Shown here in pieces: positions 16,924 to 25,578 of a DNA stretch of 64,000 nt. How positions within the stretch are numbered: the first letter of the stretch is position 1; the number at the start of each line of letters is the position of its first letter. Location of the stretch: assembly GCA_005881215.1 (NCBI GenBank), contig VBDZ01000001.1, positions 2,998 to 66,997 on the forward strand, written 5' to 3'. Below the pieces are notes generated by a model that worked only from the letters and a program-made list of their open reading frames with translations, did not search any database and had not been told where the DNA came from. Source of the stretch: Chloroflexota bacterium. GTDB taxonomy: Bacteria; Chloroflexota; Dormibacteria; CF-121. A program made the position numbers and the translations under genes.

Positions 16924-18761
16924 TCCTGGTAGAGGGCTCGCAACCGGCTCGAGGCGTCCTCGTGCGCCTGGGCCAACTCCGCAACCCGGGCCCGGTCATC
17001 GTAGGTCTGGTGGTCGGCGAGCTCCGCCTCGATCCGTGCCACCTCGGCCTCGAGCTGGTCGATCCGGTCCTCGACACCATCGACCGCTTCGCCGGCGGGT
17101 TGGATCGCCGTCGCCGGCCGCTGCCGCCCGCGAAGCACCCCAGGCTCCTTGATGACGGCCGGCGGCACCGCCCGCTGCCGGCGCCGCTCCAGGTCGCTGT
17201 AGTTGCCCAGCTGCATGGTGACCGCTCCATCCTCGACCACCCAGAGCTGGGTGGCGATGGCATCGATGAAATAGCGGTCGTGGGAGACGAAGAGGATGGT
17301 GCCTTCGAAATCCTGCAGCGCATCCTCGAGCATTTCCTGAGCCGGAATGTCGAGATGATTCGTCGGCTCGTCGAGCAACAGCAAGCCGGCGTCGTCGAGC
17401 ATCAATTTGGCCAGAGCCACCCGGCTCTTCTCGCCGCCGCTCAAGGACCGAATCGTTTTGAAGGCATCATCGCCGCTGAAGAGCAGGCGGCCGAGGAACG
17501 TCCGTAGCGTTTCCTCGGGGAGGCCGAACGCGTCCTGCAACTCCGCCAGCACCGTCTTGTTCGGATCGAGGTCGGCGAGATGCTGGTCGTAGTAGCGCAT
17601 CGTCACCCGCGGTCCCATCTTGATCCGACCCGAGAGGGGACGTAGCTCACCGAGCAGCGCCTTGAGCAGGCTGGTCTTTCCCGAGCCATTCGGCCCGACG
17701 ATGGCAATGCGCTCCCCGGCGCTGACCGTAAAAGCTGGCGTGGTCACGAGCTCGCGCTGGCCGTATCCCAGCCGCAGGCCGTCGCTTTGAAAGATGAGCT
17801 CGCTGGTGCTGGAGGCCCGTAACCGGATGCGGATCTGCTGGTCGTCCGCCGGCGGCGCAACCCGCTCGAGACGGTCGAGTTTCGTCTGCCGCCCGCGCGC
17901 TTCGCGGGCCCGCTGGCCGGCCTTGTAGCGCCGGATGAACTCTTCGGTGCGGGCGATGTATTCCTGCTGTGCCTCGTATTCCTTCTGTCGAACCGCACGC
18001 CGCTCGCGCCGCAACCGCAGGTATTGCCGGTAGTTGCCGGGGTACCACTCGCCCGCCCCCGCCTGCAGCTCGAGAATGTCGTCCGCCGTGTGCTCGAGGA
18101 AGCGGCGGTCGTGCGACACGATCAGCATCCCGGCCCGCGACAACCGCAGGAAGCCTTCCAGCCACTCGATGGCTTCGAGGTCCAGGTGGTTGGTGGGCTC
18201 GTCGAGGAGGAACAGGTCGGCGTCCTGGAGGAGGAGCCGGGCCAGCGCCAGGCGGCGCCGCTGCCCGCCACTGAGCGCGCCCGGCGCGAGTGCCTGATCG
18301 GCTTCGGTCAGGCCAACGCCGTGGAGCACCTCGGCGACCCGGTTGTCATAGGCGTAGCCATCCAGGCGCTCATACTCGTGCTGGACATCGCCGTATTCCT
18401 CGACGAGTGCTCCGAGCGCCGCGCCGCCCGCGCCGGCCATGGCCGTCTCCAGCCCCGCCAGCCGCTCGCGCAACCGGATGATGTCGGGCCGGCTGTGTAG
18501 CGCGTCGGCGTAGACACTCTCATGCGGGCCGGCCTCCAGCTCCTGTGCCAGGTAGGCGGTTCGCGTTCGGGGCGCCAGCGTCACGGAGCCCGCGTTCGGG
18601 GTCAACTCGCCGGAGACGGCCTTCAAGAGGCTCGATTTGCCGCTGCCGTTGGCACCCACAATGCCCAGCCGCTGCCTGGGCTCCAGCTGGAAGGTGAGAT
18701 TGTTCAGCACGTCAGTCGCGCCATAAACCAGGTTGAGCCGGTCGACCCTCAGCAAGGGCAT
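16899..18761 (-). CDS. ABC-F family ATPase (Uup/EttA-like, two NBDs plus C-terminal coiled coil)
   Basis: Two sets of Walker A/signature/Walker B (GANGSGKSS...LSGGQRRRLALA...LFLLDEP and GPNGSGKTS...LSGGEKSRVALA...LLLLDEP), an inter-domain linker and a C-terminal coiled coil. Confidence 0.85.
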   Translation of the reverse strand: MPLLRVDRLNLVYGATDVLNNLTFQLEPRQRLGIVGANGSGKSSLLKAVSGELTPNAGSVTLAPRTRTAYLAQELEAGPHESVYADALHSRPDIIRLRERLAGLETAMAGAGGAALGALVEEYGDVQHEYERLDGYAYDNRVAEVLHGVGLTEADQALAPGALSGGQRRRLALARLLLQDADLFLLDEPTNHLDLEAIEWLEGFLRLSRAGMLIVSHDRRFLEHTADDILELQAGAGEWYPGNYRQYLRLRRERRAVRQKEYEAQQEYIARTEEFIRRYKAGQRAREARGRQTKLDRLERVAPPADDQQIRIRLRASSTSELIFQSDGLRLGYGQRELVTTPAFTVSAGERIAIVGPNGSGKTSLLKALLGELRPLSGRIKMGPRVTMRYYDQHLADLDPNKTVLAELQDAFGLPEETLRTFLGRLLFSGDDAFKTIRSLSGGEKSRVALAKLMLDDAGLLLLDEPTNHLDIPAQEMLEDALQDFEGTILFVSHDRYFIDAIATQLWVVEDGAVTMQLGNYSDLERRRQRAVPPAVIKEPGVLRGRQRPATAIQPAGEAVDGVEDRIDQLEAEVARIEAELADHQTYDDRARVAELAQAHEDASSRLRALYQEWEQAAGG

Positions 18762-18893
18762 TTCACCGAAAGTCTACGGCCCGGCTTCGGGGTGATCGGC
18801 GCAAAAACTCAGCCGGCCGGACGGGAATAAATGAGGCACGAATGCGATTCGCAAGCGTATACAGCAAAGTCGGCCGCATGAAAAGAGGGTTCG

Positions 18894-19277
18894 TTGATGA
18901 CAGGATTGATTGCCCAAACTAATGCGAATATCCGTGACGCCGAGCGGCAGTACCGCGACCTGAAGGCGCGCCAGGACCGGCTGCGGCGGCCCGTGCAGCT
19001 GATCGACCGGCTGCTGCAGGAGCTCGAGGAATTGAATCTGAAGGGCATGAAGCGGGTGCCGATCTCGTATGAGCCGCGCCTCGAGGAGATCCTTGCCCTG
19101 GTCAGGCCGGTGCCGTCGATACCGGACCAGCTGGCCAACATCAAGGTCAAGGTGGGCATTGCCAAGCTGATGGACGCCCTGTTCGCGGTCGAAGAGGCGC
19201 TCTTCACCGAGCGTCGCGGCGCCTCGGTCGAACCCGACGGCGACGCCTTCGACGGCGGGCTCTTCACGGCGGCCTGA
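18894..19277 (+). CDS. Hypothetical protein (127 aa), predicted helical
   Basis: GC-biased third positions after an AT-rich first eight codons; no recognisable domain. Confidence 0.4.
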   Translation: MMTGLIAQTNANIRDAERQYRDLKARQDRLRRPVQLIDRLLQELEELNLKGMKRVPISYEPRLEEILALVRPVPSIPDQLANIKVKVGIAKLMDALFAVEEALFTERRGASVEPDGDAFDGGLFTAA

Positions 19278-19322
19278 CGACCAACTAACTCACCGGCGTC
19301 GGCGCGGCAGTACCATAGCGCC

Positions 19323-20006
19323 GTGCCGCCGAACGCGTTCGATCTGATGCTCCGCCTGACGGTGTCGCTCCTGCTCGGGGCGATCATCGGCCTGGAGCGG
19401 GAGCGCCAGGAGCGGGCGGCCGGCCTGCGGACGGTGACGATGGTGTCCCTCGGATCGTGCCTCTTCACCATCGTGGGCGCCTACGGCTTCAGCCAGACCG
19501 ACCCCTCTCGGGTGGCGGCGCAAATCGTGACCGGGATCGGCTTCCTGGGGGCCGGCACCATCTTCCTGCGTAAGGACCTGGTGCGCGGATTGACCACCGC
19601 CGCCACCATCTGGGCGACGGCTGCGATCGGGATGGCGGCGGCGACGGCGCAGTATTTCGAGGCCGCGTTCACCACCCTGCTCATCCTGGCGGTGCTGATG
19701 GTGCTGAAGCCGATCGAGCGCCGCTTCTTCAAGCGGCCGAATGAGGCGACCGTCAGCCTGATCCTGCCGCGGTCCGACACCGAGATCGAACGAGTCCGCT
19801 CGGCGCTCGGCGCCATCGGTGCGTTTCCCCAATCGTTGCGGATTCACGAGCTGAACGAGACCGACGACCGGCTGGAGATCGACGTCGGCCTCCCGCAAGG
19901 CCGCACCACGGCCGAACTGCTGCACCAACTTCGTTCGGTGGTGGGCGCCCGCCAGATCTTAATCTCCCGTGACCTGGTCGAAGATCGGATCCGGGCCGGC
20001 AACTGA
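19323..20006 (+). CDS. MgtC/SapB family membrane protein
   Basis: The N-terminal MgtC signature (LLLGAIIGLERE...GLRT...LVSLGSCLFTIVG...TGIGFLGAGTIF) is conserved. Confidence 0.8.
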   Translation: MPPNAFDLMLRLTVSLLLGAIIGLERERQERAAGLRTVTMVSLGSCLFTIVGAYGFSQTDPSRVAAQIVTGIGFLGAGTIFLRKDLVRGLTTAATIWATAAIGMAAATAQYFEAAFTTLLILAVLMVLKPIERRFFKRPNEATVSLILPRSDTEIERVRSALGAIGAFPQSLRIHELNETDDRLEIDVGLPQGRTTAELLHQLRSVVGARQILISRDLVEDRIRAGN

Positions 20007-20064
20007 TACAATGGCCGCCTAAGGTCTGGGAGGTGGTGCCCATGGCATTAATTGACTTAAGTGA

Positions 20065-20098
20065 GAGCGGCGGGTAATACCGCCGCTCTTTCTTTTTC
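20065..20098 (+). terminator. Rho-independent terminator for the mgtC-family gene
   Basis: Perfect 9-bp stem GAGCGGCGG / CCGCCGCTC with loop GTAATA, followed by TTTCTTTTTC. It abuts the stop codon of the convergent crotonase gene. Confidence 0.6.
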
Positions 20099-20883
20099 TA
20101 GCCGCGAAACGAGGGCTTGCGCTTTTCGATGAAGGCCCGGATCGCCTCCTGCGTGTCGGGGGTGCGCGCCGCCAGCGTCTGGAGGTGTGACTCCAGTTCC
20201 ATCACCTGATCCAGGTCGAGATCCATCGCCCGCTCCATCCCCCGCTTGATCAAGGTATGAGTCTGCCGCGGCCCGTCGGCGAGACGGCGGGCACGCTCCA
20301 TCACCGTGGTCATCAGCTGATCGCCCGGCACGACCGCCGCGATCAGTCCCAGCTGCCGGGCTTCTTCCACCGGCAGCGGGTCGCCGGTCAAGGCCAGCTC
20401 GGTGGCCTTGCTCAGGCCGAGCATCCGGGTGAGAAAGAACAGGCTGCCCGCGTCTGGAACCAGGCCGACCCGAACGAATGCCACGATCAACTGCGCGCCG
20501 GCCGCCGCGATCCGCAGGTCACAGGCCAGCGCCAGGCTCAGGCCGGCGCCCGCTGCGATACCGTTCAATGCCGCGATCACCAGCTTGGGGCAGGAGCGGA
20601 TCGCCCTCGTCAGCGGGACGTAGTTCTCCCGAAGGTCCCGGCCGACGTCGGTGTCGCCGGCATCGAGCCGGGCGCTGACATCCTTGAGATCCGCCCCGGC
20701 GCAGAATGCGCGGCCCGCGCCGGTCAGAATGACCGCGCCGATCGCCGAATCGCGGCCGGCCGCCTCGATGCCAGCTCGGAGTGCCTGCATCGTGGGAGGG
20801 TTGAGAGCGTTCAGGGCGTCGGGCCGGTTGATGGTCAGGGTCAGGACCGCGCCGTCGCGCGAGCTCAGGATGGTGTCGGTCAT
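20098..20883 (-). CDS. Enoyl-CoA hydratase/isomerase (crotonase) family protein
   Basis: Crotonase fold motifs (AFCAGADLK; oxyanion-hole region IAALNGIAAGAGLSLALACD). Confidence 0.85.
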   Translation of the reverse strand: MTDTILSSRDGAVLTLTINRPDALNALNPPTMQALRAGIEAAGRDSAIGAVILTGAGRAFCAGADLKDVSARLDAGDTDVGRDLRENYVPLTRAIRSCPKLVIAALNGIAAGAGLSLALACDLRIAAAGAQLIVAFVRVGLVPDAGSLFFLTRMLGLSKATELALTGDPLPVEEARQLGLIAAVVPGDQLMTTVMERARRLADGPRQTHTLIKRGMERAMDLDLDQVMELESHLQTLAARTPDTQEAIRAFIEKRKPSFRG

Positions 20884-21653
20884 CGCCCGCGGAAGCGGCC
20901 GGGTCGCTTTTCCAGGAAGGCGCGCATGCCTTCACGTTTGTCTTCCGACGCGAACAGCAGGTAGAAGAGCTTTCGTTCGAACTCGAGGCCGGCGTCGAGC
21001 CCCACCTCCATCGCGTGGTTGACGGCCTCCTTCCCCAGCCGCACGGCGAGTGGCGGGCGGGCCGCAATCAGGTTCGCGAGGCGGAGCGCTTCCTTCAGCT
21101 GCGCGCCGGCGGGCACCACCCGGTTGACCAGCCCCATCCGCTCGGCGTCGACGGCGCGGACCGGCTCACCGATCAGCACCGCTTCCATGGCGCGCACCTT
21201 GCCGCTGGTGCGTGTCCATCGCTGGGTGCCGCCCGCGCCGGGGATGATGCCGATCTTCACCTCGGGCTGGCCGAAGAGCGCGGTCTCGCTGGCGACCACC
21301 AGGTCGCACATCAAGGCGAGCTCGCAGCCGCCGCCCAACGCGTACCCGCTCACGGCCGCGATCACGGGTTTGTGGATCGCCTTGAACCGGGCCCAACGGG
21401 CGAAGTTGTCGTCGTCGAGAACCTCGACCGCGCCCGCGTCGACCATCTGCGAAATATCGGCGCCGGCGGCGAAGGCGCGGTCGTCGCCCGTCAGGATCAT
21501 GCAGTGGATGGCATCGTCCCGATCGAAGCCCTCGAGGGCATCGATCAGCTCCTGGATGACCTGGTGGTTCAGCGCGTTGCGGACCTGGGGTCGGTTGATG
21601 GTCACGATGCCGACCGGTCCCTGTGCCTCGGTCAGCACGAACTCGTAGGGCAT
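20880..21653 (-). CDS. Enoyl-CoA hydratase (crotonase) family protein
   Basis: AFAAGADIS; IAAVSGYALGGGCELALMCD; catalytic Glu region (FGQPEVKIGIIPGAGGTQR). ATGA overlap with the downstream crotonase. Confidence 0.85.
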   Translation of the reverse strand: MPYEFVLTEAQGPVGIVTINRPQVRNALNHQVIQELIDALEGFDRDDAIHCMILTGDDRAFAAGADISQMVDAGAVEVLDDDNFARWARFKAIHKPVIAAVSGYALGGGCELALMCDLVVASETALFGQPEVKIGIIPGAGGTQRWTRTSGKVRAMEAVLIGEPVRAVDAERMGLVNRVVPAGAQLKEALRLANLIAARPPLAVRLGKEAVNHAMEVGLDAGLEFERKLFYLLFASEDKREGMRAFLEKRPGRFRGR

Positions 21654-21701
21654 GCGGCCGAGTTTACTGCCAGCCGCAGGCCGGATCGGCGTTATACGGG
21701 G

Positions 21702-22277
21702 GTGAAACGGCTGGCGGTGGTCTTTGCGCCGCTTTGCGCCTCGCTCGTGTTTTCCGCCTCGGCCCTGGCCGAGGACCAGCCGTTCAAGACCGTGGTCGAC
21801 GGCATCGTGCCCAAGACCCCGGGTCTCACCATCAACGGCTCAGCCGGTGGATGCGACCTCATGCTCCAGAATCAGACCGGCCAGGATGTCATCCTTTTCG
21901 ATCTGAGCAAGCCGCCGAAGCCGTTCCGCTTCGCGCCCCAGCCCGCGCCGACGAAATCCGCGACGCCCCGGCCGCCGATTCCCGTGCACCTGGCCGGCGC
22001 CTGGCCGTGCGCGAGCCTGCCGGCCGTTACCGAGGACCAGCGCTGGAACCATGCCGAGAGCACGGTTGGAAGCTGGACCCTCAACGGTGCCGTCGGGGCA
22101 CTGAGTTTCCGGCTGAGCGCCCGGACGGTCTACGACCCGACGACGGATCCACCGGCCGAGTGGACGTTCTATCTGCGCCTCGGGGCCGGCGCGCTGGCGG
22201 TGGGCGGCCTGCTGATCGCGGCGCCCTACCTGTTCAAGCGCCGCCGCGAGATCCTGGGCGGCAAAAAAGCCGCCTGA
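21702..22277 (+). CDS. Secreted/anchored hypothetical protein (signal peptide plus C-terminal TM)
   Basis: GTG start followed by KRLAVVFAPLCASLVFSASALA signal-like segment. C-terminal hydrophobic helix then KRRREILGGKKAA. The listed 420-aa ORF N-terminus is antisense to the crotonase gene. Confidence 0.45.
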   Translation: MKRLAVVFAPLCASLVFSASALAEDQPFKTVVDGIVPKTPGLTINGSAGGCDLMLQNQTGQDVILFDLSKPPKPFRFAPQPAPTKSATPRPPIPVHLAGAWPCASLPAVTEDQRWNHAESTVGSWTLNGAVGALSFRLSARTVYDPTTDPPAEWTFYLRLGAGALAVGGLLIAAPYLFKRRREILGGKKAA

Positions 22278-22421
22278 TCCAAAGTCGCGAAATTTGGCTC
22301 TGGACGGAGCCTAAAACTGCCCATATAATCCGGGCAGTCGGATGGAGGGGAAGCACCGGGTATTCGAAAACGACCATTCTGGCCGTTGCTTTTCTGATAA
22401 CGCCGCTGTAGAGTCGGCTGC

Positions 22422-22784
22422 ATGATCGGGGAGGCGCGGGCGGTGGTGGCACGCCGCGTCGGCGGCATCGGCAAGCGCGAGGTCACCACCGGAAAGAAGG
22501 CGTTCATCCTCACCGGTTTCTGCAGCGCCCAGCTGCTCGATGTCACGACCACTCATATCGGGCTAGCCCAGGGCAGGCAGGAGTTGAACGGGGTGGCGGC
22601 CTGGATCATCAACAACGAAGGCGAGCTGGCGGTCTACGCCATCAAGCTGGGACTGGTCGCGGCGCTGGTGGCCTTCCTCCTGATGTTCGGGCGGCGACGA
22701 CCGGTCATCTGGAATGCGTACCTGATTGCTGCCTGGATCACGACTTTCGCCGTTCTGAATAACTTGTATCGAATTCTGAGTTAG
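22422..22784 (+). CDS. Small membrane protein, hypothetical (120 aa)
   Basis: Two or three hydrophobic helices at the C-terminal end; GC-biased codons. Confidence 0.45.
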   Translation: MIGEARAVVARRVGGIGKREVTTGKKAFILTGFCSAQLLDVTTTHIGLAQGRQELNGVAAWIINNEGELAVYAIKLGLVAALVAFLLMFGRRRPVIWNAYLIAAWITTFAVLNNLYRILS

Positions 22785-22866
22785 TCACTCGCCGGCACGG
22801 TTACACGGGGATTTAAACGCGCCGATGCGCCGTCCAGCCGCTCGCGACGCATTCGCGCTTAAGAAC

Positions 22867-22964
22867 GTGCGCTCATATGCTCGCACGAGCGGCATCCGGC
22901 ACCGGCGCCTGCGCGCGAAAGCGCGGCGACCTGAAGGTCGCTGAGGCGGCGACCTGAAGCTCGC
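22867..22964. repeat. Array of small GC-rich hairpins with a 23-nt imperfect tandem repeat in a 200-bp intergenic region
   Basis: GTGCG-ct-CATATG-ct-CGCAC imperfect palindrome (22867-22886). CGCGC-GAAA-GCGCG hairpin (22912-22925). GCGACC-TGAA-GGTCGC hairpin (22926-22941). Near-repeat GCGGCGACCTGAAGCTCGCT (22946-22965). Confidence 0.4.
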
Positions 22965-22983
22965 TAAAGACTAAATTGACGGC

Positions 22984-23433
22984 GTGGTCCGGGCTGCCAT
23001 CACGTTCGGCGAGATCATGACTCCTCTCTTCTTCTATGTCGTGATCGCCGCCTACATGGCCTTCGTCCTCGCCTCGGCCTGGCAGTTCTCGCGCCGCCCC
23101 GAGCCGGGACGCACGATGCGCGGCATCAACCTGACGCTGGTCCCGCTCGGGGTGCTGGTCGCGCTGGTCGGGGTGCTCGCCGCCAGCTTCAACGCCTTCA
23201 CCGGGACCGAGGGGACGCCGAACAACAACTGGGCGATCGTGATGGTGGCCCTGGGTCTGGGGGGCGCGTCGCTGCTGCTCGCCATCGAAGGCTTCATCCT
23301 TCGCGGTCGCGTTCATTCGTCGACGGAAGATCGGCGCGCGATCGGCCTGCGCAGTCTGAGCCTGATCGCGACCACGGTGCCCCTGGTCGTGCTGGGCGCC
23401 CTCTTTTTCGTCCTGGCGCTTCGGATCGCCTGA
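22984..23433 (+). CDS. Membrane protein, hypothetical (about 4 TM)
   Basis: Four hydrophobic segments; the start may instead be the internal Met at 23017. Confidence 0.5.
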   Translation: MVRAAITFGEIMTPLFFYVVIAAYMAFVLASAWQFSRRPEPGRTMRGINLTLVPLGVLVALVGVLAASFNAFTGTEGTPNNNWAIVMVALGLGGASLLLAIEGFILRGRVHSSTEDRRAIGLRSLSLIATTVPLVVLGALFFVLALRIA

Positions 23434-23473
23434 GAGGCGGATCATCCCGCTCCCTCAGCGGCCTACGATATAC

Positions 23474-23490
23474 TTGACCGGTCTGATCAA
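23474..23490. promoter_or_regulatory. Candidate Rrf2 operator: TTGA-N9-TCAA containing nested palindromes GACCGGTC and TGATCA, ending 18 bp upstream of the Rrf2 ATG
   Basis: Seen directly in the sequence; Rrf2 regulators typically bind inverted repeats overlapping their own promoters. Confidence 0.3.
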
Positions 23491-23507
23491 CTTTTAGGAC
23501 CTCAGCG

Positions 23508-23972
23508 ATGCGAATGCGTTTTTCGATGAAAACCGAGTACGGGGTGCGGGCCATCGTGGAGCTCGCCGCCAACGCCGGACGCGGCGCCCTCCAGAGTGGC
23601 GAGATCGCACGGCGCCAGAGCATCCCGGGCCCGTTTCTCGACCAGGTGCTGATGACGCTGCGGCGCGCCGGCCTGGTCACGTCGACGCGAGGCCCGCGCG
23701 GCGGACACACGCTGGCGCGACGGCCGGACGAGATTCGGCTGGACGAAGTCATCACCTGCCTCGAGGGAAATGGACGCGACAGCCGGCAGCCGGATGGGGC
23801 CGCGGCCGGTGACAGCCGGGTGCTCGCCCAGGTAAGTGAGAAGGCCGAACAGGCGGCCCGCGACGTCTTCGCCTCGCACACGCTGGCGGATTGCCTGCGG
23901 CTGCGGCGGGTGGAGCCCCGCGTCTTCCACGGCATCTTTCACTCGGCTCCCGCGGGGCCGAAAGGCAGCTGA
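23508..23972 (+). CDS. Rrf2-family transcriptional regulator (only 2 Cys, so probably not an Fe-S type)
   Basis: Rrf2 N-terminal wHTH (MKTEYGVRAIVELAAN...GEIARRQSIPGPFLDQVLMTLRRAGLV.STRGPRGGHTL). Confidence 0.8.
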   Translation: MRMRFSMKTEYGVRAIVELAANAGRGALQSGEIARRQSIPGPFLDQVLMTLRRAGLVTSTRGPRGGHTLARRPDEIRLDEVITCLEGNGRDSRQPDGAAAGDSRVLAQVSEKAEQAARDVFASHTLADCLRLRRVEPRVFHGIFHSAPAGPKGS

Positions 23973-24784
23973 TGGCCGGATCCTCGCTGACTTCAGAGCA
24001 GCGGCAGCGCTACGCGCGCCACCTGGCACTGACCGAGATCGGTCCCGCCGGCCAGCAGCGCCTGATGCGCGCGCGCGTGCTCGTCGTTGGGGTCGGCGCT
24101 CTCGGCTCGCCGGTGGCGCTGTACCTCGCGGCCGCCGGGGTGGGGACGCTCGGCCTCGCCGACCACGATCGGGTGCGGCTCTCCAACCTGCAGCGGCAGG
24201 TGATCCATTCGATGGAAGGCCTCGACCAATCGAAGGTCGATGGTGCGGCCCGTACGGTTTCCGCGCTCAACCCCGACGTCACCGTGGAGACCTTCGCAGA
24301 GACGGTCAACGCGCACAACGCGATGGAGCTGTTGGGTGCCTTTGATGTCATCGTCGATGGCACCGACTCGTTTGCCGCCCGCTATCTGCTGAGCGACGCC
24401 GCATACCTGCTGCGCAAACCGCTGGTGCACGGCAGCATCTTTCGGATCGAAGGCCAGGTCACGGTCTTCATTCCCGGCCGCGGATGCTATCGCTGCCTCT
24501 ACCCGGAACCCCCGCCGCCCGGCGCGATCGAGGAATCCGAGCAGGTTGGCGTGCTGGCCGCTCTACCCGGGATCGTCGGCACCATCCAGGCCGCGGAGAC
24601 CATCAAGCTCATCACCGGCGTCGGTGACGGCCTGGTCAACCGGGTATTGCTCCACGACACCATGGCCATGACGTTCCACGAGGTTCGATATCGTCGCAAT
24701 CGCGCCTGCCCGGTCTGCGGTGACCGGCCCACGGTTCATCAGCTCGCGGACGACGCCGTCCGGGGCGTGGGTGTGGCGCGATGA
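23972..24784 (+). CDS. ThiF/MoeB/HesA-family E1-like adenylyltransferase (paralog 1)
   Basis: Nucleotide-binding motif VLVVGVGALGS. The conserved RQ motif region and two CxxC pairs (CYRC...CPVC) match the Zn site of MoeB/ThiF. TGATG overlap with the Rrf2 gene. Confidence 0.8.
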   Translation: MAGSSLTSEQRQRYARHLALTEIGPAGQQRLMRARVLVVGVGALGSPVALYLAAAGVGTLGLADHDRVRLSNLQRQVIHSMEGLDQSKVDGAARTVSALNPDVTVETFAETVNAHNAMELLGAFDVIVDGTDSFAARYLLSDAAYLLRKPLVHGSIFRIEGQVTVFIPGRGCYRCLYPEPPPPGAIEESEQVGVLAALPGIVGTIQAAETIKLITGVGDGLVNRVLLHDTMAMTFHEVRYRRNRACPVCGDRPTVHQLADDAVRGVGVAR

Positions 24785-25578
24785 ACGATGCTCGGCACCA
24801 CCGGCAGCGGATCCTGGCCGAGGTCGGTGAGGCCGGCCAGCAACGGCTCGAGCGGGCCTCGGTGGCGATCGTCGGCCTGGGGGGACTGGGTTCACCGGTC
24901 GCCCTCTACCTGGCGGCGGCCGGGGTAGGGCGGCTTGGATTGATCGATGACCAGCCGGTGGAGCGCTCGAACCTCAACCGGCAGATCTTGTTCGAGGAGG
25001 GCGACCTCGGCCATCCGAAGGTCGACGCGGCGGCCCGCCGATTGCGCGCGCTCGACTCGAGCCTCCGCCTGGATGCGCGCCAGGAGAACGTACGCGCGTC
25101 GAACGTGGAGGCTGTGGTCGCGGAGTACGACCTGGTCGTGGACGGCACCGATTCGTTCGAGACGAAGTTCCTGTTGAACGACGCCGCGGTCTTGCTGCAC
25201 AAACCCCTGGTTCATGGCGCCGTTCTGCAGTGGGGCGGCCAGGTCACCACCGTGCTCCCGGACGAGCCGTGCCTGCGCTGCCTGTTTGGGGGCCCGCCCG
25301 ATCCCGACGATATCCAGACCTGTGAGGAGGCCGGCATCATCGGCTCGGCCACCGGAGTGATCGGCAGCGTCATGGCGGAGGAGGCGCTCAAGGTCCTGCT
25401 CAAGGCCCGCACGCCACTGAGCGGCCGCATCTTTCAGCACGACGGCCTGGCTGGCGAGTCCCGGGTCACGAGTTTTCCGCGGGATCCCGACTGCCCCGTC
25501 TGCTCCCCGCGAGCACTGATCACGGACCTGGCGCGTTACGAGGAACAGGTCTCGCCACGTGGTCAGGTCCTCGTGTGA
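24781..25578 (+). CDS. ThiF/MoeB/HesA-family E1-like adenylyltransferase (paralog 2)
   Basis: VAIVGLGGLGS; CLRC...CPVC; ATGA overlap with paralog 1. Confidence 0.8.
   Translation: MNDARHHRQRILAEVGEAGQQRLERASVAIVGLGGLGSPVALYLAAAGVGRLGLIDDQPVERSNLNRQILFEEGDLGHPKVDAAARRLRALDSSLRLDARQENVRASNVEAVVAEYDLVVDGTDSFETKFLLNDAAVLLHKPLVHGAVLQWGGQVTTVLPDEPCLRCLFGGPPDPDDIQTCEEAGIIGSATGVIGSVMAEEALKVLLKARTPLSGRIFQHDGLAGESRVTSFPRDPDCPVCSPRALITDLARYEEQVSPRGQVLV

Noticed and set aside
12951-16932. 517-aa and 601-aa plus-strand ORFs opposite the two glutamine synthetase genes
   Set aside because: Antisense to unmistakable GS coding sequence; low-complexity translations.
21015-21701. N-terminal 229 codons of the listed 420-aa ORF 21015..22277
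   Set aside because: This portion is antisense to the second crotonase gene. Only the part from the GTG at 21702 (signal peptide onward) looks like an independent gene.
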